From Gammaproteobacteria bacterium (GTDB lineage Bacteria > Pseudomonadota > Gammaproteobacteria > GCA-2400775): a stretch of DNA of 64,000 nt. Each line of letters begins with the position of its first letter. The stretch's first letter is position 1. A program made the translations under genes and the position numbers. The notes under the pieces are model-generated. The model did not search any database, was not told the DNA's origin, and saw only the letters and a program-made list of their open reading frames with translations. The DNA is taken from contig WGFU01000037.1 in NCBI GenBank assembly GCA_015492075.1, positions 74,941 through 138,940 on the forward strand, read 5' to 3'. Of this stretch, positions 57,344-64,000 are shown one piece after another.

Positions 57344-58396
57344 CTATATCGTTTTTTGCCAGCCTATGTGAAACACACTATCCACCTCCAATTGCGGACC
57401 CTCCAGATTTTGCTGAATCGGGCGCGAATACTCGACAGCGAGTCGATGCCCTTTAAAATAACCGCTACGCACCAGGTAATTGATAGCAATCCCCAAATCG
57501 GTGCGGCGCCCCGCACGTAGATCTGCTCTCGCCGTCGGCACAACACCAATGCCATTCATTGGATTGGTCACTAATAAATCTGGGTCAGCGCCATCAATAT
57601 TGGCCCATTTTGACCAAGCCAAACGGGCACTGACGCTGAAGCTGGAATTGATGCGTTGCGCCAGCCAAGCCGTCGCCTGATATTGATCACCCAGCGTATA
57701 GTCCCGGCTGTTCTCGCCCAGGCGCAGGGTGGCCATGCCCTGCGCACCCCATGACCAGACGCCTGAGGACTGGCCCAAATAAGTGATCCCCGGCATGATG
57801 TCATAAGTACCCGAACCCAAACGCATGGGGTAGGGCAGCAAACTGTTCGCGCCCATCGGGGTCGCGTCCCTGGTATCGATATCCCCGGTCGGTACACTGA
57901 GGCCAAAATTGGCGTGCCAGCGCTGGCCGTCACGATCAAAAAACTTGTACATGCCACCGACGCGAATATCACCAATGCCTTCTGATTCGGTGGTAAAACT
58001 AACGCCCGTACGGGTCACATGATCCATGCTTAGCTTGATGTAAGGCAGCATGCCCATTAAGGTCAATTTGTCATTAACCGCATACATGGCGCCAAACATA
58101 TGCATTTCCATGGTCATACTCAGTGGCGTCACAAGAAAACCATCTGTGCCCGCAGACGAGCCATCAGGGCCGTTCAATACCTGCTCGGCGCTGAGGCGAT
58201 TACTACCATCGCGGTTGCCTTCCATATCCATGTTCATGTAGCGGTATGACAGCATGAGTTCGCCGGTTTTATGGGTATGATCCCCCATCACGCCGATCGG
58301 TGCATGGCTGTCCGGCGCGGCCAGATCCCAATCATGCGCCTGCGCCAGCGATGATAGGCTGAGCAAGGAAATAAGCAGCAGTTTTGCTCTTAGCAT
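57344..58396 (-). CDS. Putative outer-membrane beta-barrel 'transporter' with His/Met-rich N-terminus
   Basis: Signal peptide, DSHAPIGVMGDHTH, MTMEMHMFGAM, GIGDI, PYPMRLGSGT.D, amphipathic strands, C-terminal GWQ. Confidence 0.75.
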   Translation of the reverse strand: MLRAKLLLISLLSLSSLAQAHDWDLAAPDSHAPIGVMGDHTHKTGELMLSYRYMNMDMEGNRDGSNRLSAEQVLNGPDGSSAGTDGFLVTPLSMTMEMHMFGAMYAVNDKLTLMGMLPYIKLSMDHVTRTGVSFTTESEGIGDIRVGGMYKFFDRDGQRWHANFGLSVPTGDIDTRDATPMGANSLLPYPMRLGSGTYDIMPGITYLGQSSGVWSWGAQGMATLRLGENSRDYTLGDQYQATAWLAQRINSSFSVSARLAWSKWANIDGADPDLLVTNPMNGIGVVPTARADLRAGRRTDLGIAINYLVRSGYFKGHRLAVEYSRPIQQNLEGPQLEVDSVFHIGWQKTI

Positions 58397-58462
58397 TGAA
58401 GTCCCCTAAGGTCTGTTTAACGTTGGCGCATTTTAGGAGCGAGCATGCAAGACAAGTGAAAA

Positions 58463-58481
58463 CTGCGACAATTTGCCGCAG
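58463..58481. promoter_or_regulatory. RegA/PrrA(RoxR)-like binding palindrome
   Basis: CTGCGACAATTTGCCGCAG matches GCGRC-N5-GNCGC, about 66 nt upstream of the beta-barrel gene. Confidence 0.55.
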
Positions 58482-58532
58482 CGCGTCAACCATCGTTTGG
58501 TAGCGGCCGCGACCGGTCTGGCCGCCCGAGTA

Positions 58533-59342
58533 TTACAGGCCTTCGACGCTGATCAGGCGATTCGTACCATCAAGCGGCAACGCACTGAGCTTGCCACCCC
58601 AGACACAACCCGTATCCAGGGCAACCACGCCGTTGCCTATATAACCGCCAATGGTCGACCAATGACCAAAGACGATGGACAGATCGCGGCTGGCTCGATC
58701 GGCCAGCGCAAACCAGGGCTGGAGTCCTGGCGCCTGGCTGCCAAAGGTGCCCTTTTCCTCCAGCGCCAATGCGCCGTCTTTGTCACAATAACGCAGGCGC
58801 GTAAAACAATTGATAATGAAACGGCGGCGCGCTGTCGCCGTCATGGCGCTATCCCAGCGATTAGGCTCATTGCCGTACATGGTGCCCAGGAAACGGCCAT
58901 AATCGTCGGCCTGCAAACAGGCCTCGACCTCGCGCGCGCAGCGTTGCGCCAGCGCTAGATCCCACTGCGGTGGCAACCCGGCGTGGAGCATGGTGACACC
59001 AAGCGCTGCATCATGATGCAGCAGGGGCCGGCAGCGCAGCCAGTCAATCAACTCATCACGATCATGCGCCTCAAGCACATCATGAAAGGTATCTTTTTTG
59101 TGATAACGTAAATGACCATTGGCAACCGCCAGCAGATGCAGGTCATGATTGCCCAGGACACAAATCGCCTGCTCACCCAGGCCTTTGATAAAACGTAGTA
59201 CGGCCAAAGAGTCAGGCCCGCGATTGACCAGGTCTCCCGCAAACCAAAGCATGTCCTGTCCAGGGCTAAATGCAATTCGCTCAAGCAGGCGCTGCAAAGG
59301 CTCGTAGCAGCCCTGTATGTCACCGATCGCATATGTTGTCAT
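58533..59342 (-). CDS. apaH: Symmetrical Ap4A hydrolase
   Basis: YAIGDIQGC, GDLVNRGP.S, LGNHDLHLL, HAG, FGHW, LDTGCVWGG.L. Confidence 0.97.
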   Translation of the reverse strand: MTTYAIGDIQGCYEPLQRLLERIAFSPGQDMLWFAGDLVNRGPDSLAVLRFIKGLGEQAICVLGNHDLHLLAVANGHLRYHKKDTFHDVLEAHDRDELIDWLRCRPLLHHDAALGVTMLHAGLPPQWDLALAQRCAREVEACLQADDYGRFLGTMYGNEPNRWDSAMTATARRRFIINCFTRLRYCDKDGALALEEKGTFGSQAPGLQPWFALADRASRDLSIVFGHWSTIGGYIGNGVVALDTGCVWGGKLSALPLDGTNRLISVEGL

Positions 59343-59432
59343 AGAATATTTTATTGCATCCTGATGCTTGCACCTGACTCAGGCAACGGTGATAATAGCT
59401 TGCTTATACAGCTGATAAAAAGTGTTAATCCT

Positions 59433-60044
59433 GTGAAAATATTTTTGCTAGCTCGTCCCCGTTCTGCTTGCCTGGTATTATTGTTTAGCACCCTGCTGGC
59501 GCTGACCGGCTGTTCTACGATCAATAAATTAAACCCGTTCTCTAAAGATGGCGATGAAGCAGCAGCGCCGGTTGCCAGTGGCGAATTTACCGGGCGTGGC
59601 CCGGTGGCACTGGAAACCAACCCGCCTGGCGCTAGCGTTATTACCTTGGGGCGCATTCTGGGCAAAACCCCGTTGCGAGTAGAAGAAAGAGATATTTTCC
59701 CCCTGATTTATGCCAACGAGCTAAAACCCATTTACGGTAAGGTACGTTTTAAGCTCAAAGGGTGTAAAACTGTCACGCGCCAGATCACACCGGAAGATAT
59801 CGCCGCTGGCGTTAAGGTTGATCTGGAATGCGGTGCAGCGGCTACACGCAAACAGGCTGCTTCTGACAACAATCGCACTAGCAGCGATAGCTTTGATACC
59901 TCCATTAATGCGCCACTATATAGCGGCGACAATAACATTAAGGTACGCTTGCTACGCGTCAAGAACTTACTTGAAGAAGGCTTGATCACGCAGGATGAAG
60001 CCGATGCTATTCGCAAACGTATTTTGCAAGACCCCAGCCTTTAA
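59433..60044 (+). CDS. PEGA-domain lipoprotein with a SHOCT-like C-terminus
   Basis: Lipobox LTGC, ETNPPGA.V....LGKTP, C-terminal L..LLEEGLIT..E....RKRIL. Confidence 0.72.
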   Translation: MKIFLLARPRSACLVLLFSTLLALTGCSTINKLNPFSKDGDEAAAPVASGEFTGRGPVALETNPPGASVITLGRILGKTPLRVEERDIFPLIYANELKPIYGKVRFKLKGCKTVTRQITPEDIAAGVKVDLECGAAATRKQAASDNNRTSSDSFDTSINAPLYSGDNNIKVRLLRVKNLLEEGLITQDEADAIRKRILQDPSL

Positions 60045-60481
60045 GTCGTACGCAAATAAAAGGTAGCAGGCCCATCGTTAACCAGATGGACCTGCATATC
60101 TGCGCCAAAAACACCACTTTCAACACACTCATGCTTACGCTGCGCATAAGCGAGCGCATGTTGAAGCAATTCTCTGCCTAGCTCAGGGCTCGCAGCCTGA
60201 GTAAAACTAGGACGCAAACCCTTGTTGGTATCCGCAGCCAAGGTAAATTGCGGCACCAGCAATAAACCACCATCGGTCTCTATTAGGCTGCAATTCATGC
60301 GCCCGTTATTATCGGAAAATAAGCGGTATGCCAAAACACGATCAATCATCCACTCAACACGAGCTTGTGTGTCATCACGCTCTACAGCGGCGAATACGAG
60401 CAGCCCACTCTCGATCTGCGCCACACGCTTATTGTCTATTTCAACGGCTGCCGACCTAACGCGCTGTAATAAAGTGATCAT
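60041..60481 (-). CDS. dtd: D-aminoacyl-tRNA deacylase
   Basis: LLQRV..A.V, R.F....G.MN, PQFTL..D..KG.RPSF, FGA.M.V...NDGP. RBS AGGAGG. Confidence 0.95.
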   Translation of the reverse strand: MITLLQRVRSAAVEIDNKRVAQIESGLLVFAAVERDDTQARVEWMIDRVLAYRLFSDNNGRMNCSLIETDGGLLLVPQFTLAADTNKGLRPSFTQAASPELGRELLQHALAYAQRKHECVESGVFGADMQVHLVNDGPATFYLRTT

Positions 60482-60979
60482 CTATAGCCACCCCTCCTAA
60501 ATAGGCCAACAAAGACATCTGACCCGCGCACCAGAGCACTGGCGATGTCTTTCTCGATGCTAGCCGGCCTGATTACTGCCCGCCAAGACATAACATCATA
60601 ACGGCGAAACAGCTCAATCACAGCAAAATACCCTGCAAAACATGCCCAAAATATACGGGAAAATCGTGACGCTTACAGCCATGGCACGGAATACGCGCCT
60701 GGTTACAACAAGATCGTTATTCCATAAAGAGCGCGCTATCGATTGCCTACGCTTATATGACGGCGAATCCGCTCAATATCCTGTACCAGTAACCACATTG
60801 TGTTGTTTTTAATACAGACATATAGTGTCCAGCGGACACAGTCACGTTGATCAAATCAAGCAATGCGGGTCACCTTGCGAATAATATAAAGTGCTTCTCA
60901 TGCACAGCCTCAAGGCTCACATGTGGTCAAACACCTACAAGAAATACTTCCTTAAGCGGACAGACTTTATAATCTGATC

Positions 60980-61780
60980 CGCCGATACTACAATCACTGG
61001 ATGTCATGCAGGGTTCAGGGATGAGCCCAATCTCCATATCACGCATCATCAAGCCCACCTTCAACTTTTCGCAGAATCAGCTGTTATGAAATCACGTACC
61101 AACAATGGCTGGCCAGATTGCTCCTCTGGCAAACCTTGCCCAACTAGTGTTGAAATATTTTGTGTAGGTAATTTACCTACACAAAATACTGATCTACGCC
61201 GACATCAGCTTCAATGGCTACTGTCGATACAATGAGTCAGGAGTATGGCACTCGGTTCATGGACGAACCTTACTATCGGATCAGCCAAATCTGGTTTGAA
61301 CAGGAAAAAATCCGCTCAGGAGAGCTATTTTATGGATTTTCTTACAAACGTGTCGGCAATATCCTACATAAAATTGATTGGAAATCTGCGATAGTAGTCT
61401 TCGCTGATCGGAATCGGCCCAGGACGGTGGTTCACGGATGAACCCTTCACTCTTTCCACCCCTCGCTGTCTTTTATAAAATCCCAAGATATATCTTCGAT
61501 GCGGTCACGTACGCAAACTGTCTACTTTGTCCTACAGCCAAATCAATCTGAATTTGGCATGATGGTGTTCCGACGGAGCGGAAGATTATTCGTTCAAGGA
61601 TGAACGACTTCTCTTCCCTCCCCCGGCCATAACTGACAAACATTCGCTTAGCAATGAACCAAGGGGATACAAAACGGCGCCGCATAGTGTAATAAAACAC
61701 CCAAAATACGCTCCGCCCCCATCTAACCTGCACTTCTCTTTTTTGTCTTGTCATCCTCCACTTAGCGCATGGATGCAGCA
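60980..61780 (+). ncRNA. Putative CsrB/Rsm-type CsrA-sequestering sRNA(s), tandem modules
   Basis: Four hairpins share GTTCANGGANGARC with an ANGGAN hexaloop (61011, 61254, 61429, 61590). Extra GGA sites at 61314 and 61767, and 10 GGA in 61240-61440. Boundaries approximate. Confidence 0.72.
61156..61188. promoter_or_regulatory. Perfect 33-bp palindrome containing a GacA/UvrY-like box
   Basis: TATTTTGTGTAGGTAA-T-TTACCTACACAAAATA; core TGTAGG-N7-CCTACA. Confidence 0.6.
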
Positions 61781-61785
61781 GCGTC

Positions 61786-64000
61786 CTAGTCGGGTTCGTA
61801 GCCAAGGTTTGGCGCCAACCAGCGCTCCGCCGCTGCCATCGTCATGCCTTTGCGTTGCGCATAGTCTTCAACCTGGTCGCGGTTAATCACCCCCAAGCCA
61901 AAATAACGTGCATCGGGATGACTGATATACCAGCCGCTGACCGCTGCTGTCGGCACCATGGCAAAGCTTTCCGTAATCTCGATACCAGCATGCGTCAGAG
62001 GATCAATCAACTGCCATAGTAAGGTCTTTTCGGTATGGTCGGGGCAGGCAGGATAACCGGGGGCCGGCCGAATACCTTGATAGTGCTCCGCAATCAGTTG
62101 TTCATTGTCCAAGCGCTCATCACTGGCATAGCCCCAGTACTCCTTACGCACACGCTCATGCAGGTATTCCGCATAGGCTTCTGCCAAGCGGTCAGCCAGT
62201 GCCTTAAGCAAAATATCGGAATAATCATCGTGTGCGGCGGCAAAACGTTGTAATTGTTGCTCGATACCCGTACCTGCGGTAACAGCAAAGCCTCCAATAT
62301 AGTCGGCCACGCCCGTTTCCTTGGGTGCGATATAGTCCGCCAGACATTGATTCGGTCGCCCAGGTGGCTTTTGCAATTGCTGACGCAGCTGATGCAGGGT
62401 CAGCAACACCTCGGTGCGAGATTCATCGGTGTAAACTTCAATGTCATCGTCATTGACTGAATTGGCAGGGAATAAGCCAAATACTGCCCGTGCATGCAGC
62501 CATTTCTCATCAATAAGTTTATCAAGCATGGCCTGTGCATCAGCAAACAAAGCACGAGCCGTCTCTCCGACTAGCTCATCATCAAGTAGCTTCGGGTAAC
62601 TGCCCGCCAGCTCCCACGCCTTAAAGAAGGGTGTCCAATCGATATAATCGCGTAATAGCGACAGATCTTGGTCTTCAATCACCGTCAAACCCTGTCGCTT
62701 CGGGATCGCCGGCTTGTAAGTCGACCAATCGATCTTTACCTTATTCGCACGCGCATCAGCCAGACTGAGCCAGTTCGTTTTTGCTTGCTTGCCCGTATGT
62801 CGCTCGCGTACCTGCCCGTATTCCTTATCTATTTGTTTTAAATATGGTGCACGCAAATCTTCGCTGACAAGGTTTTGGGCAACGCCCACGGCACGCGAAG
62901 CATCCTTGACGTAGATCGTTGCTCCCTCGTAGCCAGGGGCAATTTTAACCGCAGTATGCACGCGTGACGTGGTCGCGCCACCAATCAATAGGGGGACATT
63001 CAGACCAAGACGTTGCATCTCTTTAGCCACATGGCTCATCTCTTCTAGAGATGGTGTAATCAGGCCGGACAAGCCAATAATATCGACTTGCTCTTTCACC
63101 GCAGTATCAAGAATTTTTGCGGCAGGGACCATCACCCCAAGATCAATAATCTCAAAGTTATTGCACTGCAATACGACACTAACAATATTCTTGCCAATAT
63201 CATGAACATCACCTTTAACGGTCGCCATTAAAATCTTGCCGTTACTGCTTACTTCAGTCTTGCCTGCTTCTATAAAGGGTAACAAATAAGCCACCGCCTG
63301 CTTCATGACGCGCGCGCTTTTCACCACCTGGGGCAAAAACATTTTGCCCTCACCAAAAAGGTCGCCAACGATATTCATGCCATCCATCAGCGGCCCTTCA
63401 ATTACTTCAATAGGGCGTTCAAAACCTTGTCTGGCTTCTTCGGTATCCTCGTCAATAAAGGTATTGATACCTTTTACCAGGGCATGCGCCAAACGTTCTC
63501 TGACCGCAAGCTTGCGCCATTCCATATCATTAGCATTGGCCTTTTTGGCACCATCACCGCGATAATCATCGGCGATTTCCAGCAAACGTTCAGTCGCGTC
63601 ATCACGACGATTCAGAATGACGTCTTCTACGCGTTTGCGTAGCTCCTCTGGCAGATCATCGTAGACGGCGAGCTGGCCGGCGTTGACAATGCCCATATCC
63701 ATGCCAGCTTTGATCGCATGATAGAGAAATACGGAGTGGATCGCTTCGCGCACCAAATTATTGCCGCGAAACGAAAACGACACATTACTGACACCGCCGG
63801 ATATTTTTGCATACGGCAAAGTGTTTTTTATTTCTCGTGTTGCCTCAATAAAATCAACCGCGTAGTTATTGTGTTCTTGAATACCAGTAGCAACTGCAAA
63901 AATATTGGGGTCAAAAATAATGTCTTCGGGCGGGAACCCTATTTCGTCGACTAATATTCGATAGGCACGGGTACAAATTTCAACCTTTCGCGCCCTGGTA
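61786..64000 (-). CDS. metH: B12-dependent methionine synthase (5' end outside window)
   Basis: [56 protein letters not shown]. Frame is open to the window edge. Confidence 0.98.
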   Translation of the reverse strand, partial: TRARKVEICTRAYRILVDEIGFPPEDIIFDPNIFAVATGIQEHNNYAVDFIEATREIKNTLPYAKISGGVSNVSFSFRGNNLVREAIHSVFLYHAIKAGMDMGIVNAGQLAVYDDLPEELRKRVEDVILNRRDDATERLLEIADDYRGDGAKKANANDMEWRKLAVRERLAHALVKGINTFIDEDTEEARQGFERPIEVIEGPLMDGMNIVGDLFGEGKMFLPQVVKSARVMKQAVAYLLPFIEAGKTEVSSNGKILMATVKGDVHDIGKNIVSVVLQCNNFEIIDLGVMVPAAKILDTAVKEQVDIIGLSGLITPSLEEMSHVAKEMQRLGLNVPLLIGGATTSRVHTAVKIAPGYEGATIYVKDASRAVGVAQNLVSEDLRAPYLKQIDKEYGQVRERHTGKQAKTNWLSLADARANKVKIDWSTYKPAIPKRQGLTVIEDQDLSLLRDYIDWTPFFKAWELAGSYPKLLDDELVGETARALFADAQAMLDKLIDEKWLHARAVFGLFPANSVNDDDIEVYTDESRTEVLLTLHQLRQQLQKPPGRPNQCLADYIAPKETGVADYIGGFAVTAGTGIEQQLQRFAAAHDDYSDILLKALADRLAEAYAEYLHERVRKEYWGYASDERLDNEQLIAEHYQGIRPAPGYPACPDHTEKTLLWQLIDPLTHAGIEITESFAMVPTAAVSGWYISHPDARYFGLGVINRDQVEDYAQRKGMTMAAAERWLAPNLGYEPD

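Noticed and set aside
61214-61441. 75-aa ORF in the dtd-metH gap
   Set aside because: No clear RBS or recognisable motif. It spans the GGA hairpins and operator boxes, which explain the sequence better.
61011-61607. Repeated hairpins as a CRISPR array or attC sites
   Set aside because: The repeats are only about 14 bp with irregular 160-245 bp spacing. There is no cas or integrase gene and no cassette ORFs.
61473-61805. 110-aa minus-strand ORF overlapping the metH end
   Set aside because: Composition is not protein-like, and it is antisense to the putative sRNA modules.

Overview
A gene-dense stretch of an unidentified gammaproteobacterial chromosome (about 50% GC by eye; the gene order resembles Chromatiales/Thiotrichales-type marine bacteria). 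Core genes: asmA-mutY-yggX-tRNA-Phe, sohB, cysQ-nudE/yrfG, TPP-riboswitch thiC, pcm-tolC, an LPS core cluster (waaA, lpxL, kdkA, GT9, TagF-like, a GT2-GT4 fusion, waaL), ilvE, pilU, fxsA-groES-groEL with a perfect CIRCE, cutA-dsbD-tlpA-aroQ-accB-accC-prmA-dusB-fis-purH-purD-tsaC-hemF, cheX, apaH, dtd and a partial metH. Accessory content: two GGDEF-EAL proteins (one paired with an exported rhodanese), a heavy-metal RND operon and a 141-bp MITE. The most notable unexplained structure is the 1.3-kb gap between dtd and metH, which has no convincing ORF. It holds 4-5 tandem modules, each a GacA/UvrY-like box followed by a GTTCANGGANGARC hairpin, which suggests an array of CsrA/RsmA-sequestering sRNAs. 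A decayed second tRNA-Phe copy, a CbiX-zinc-domain fusion, a LITAF-like microprotein and a RegA-boxed Met/His-rich outer-membrane protein also deserve follow-up. All calls come from reading motifs by eye; no database searches were run.
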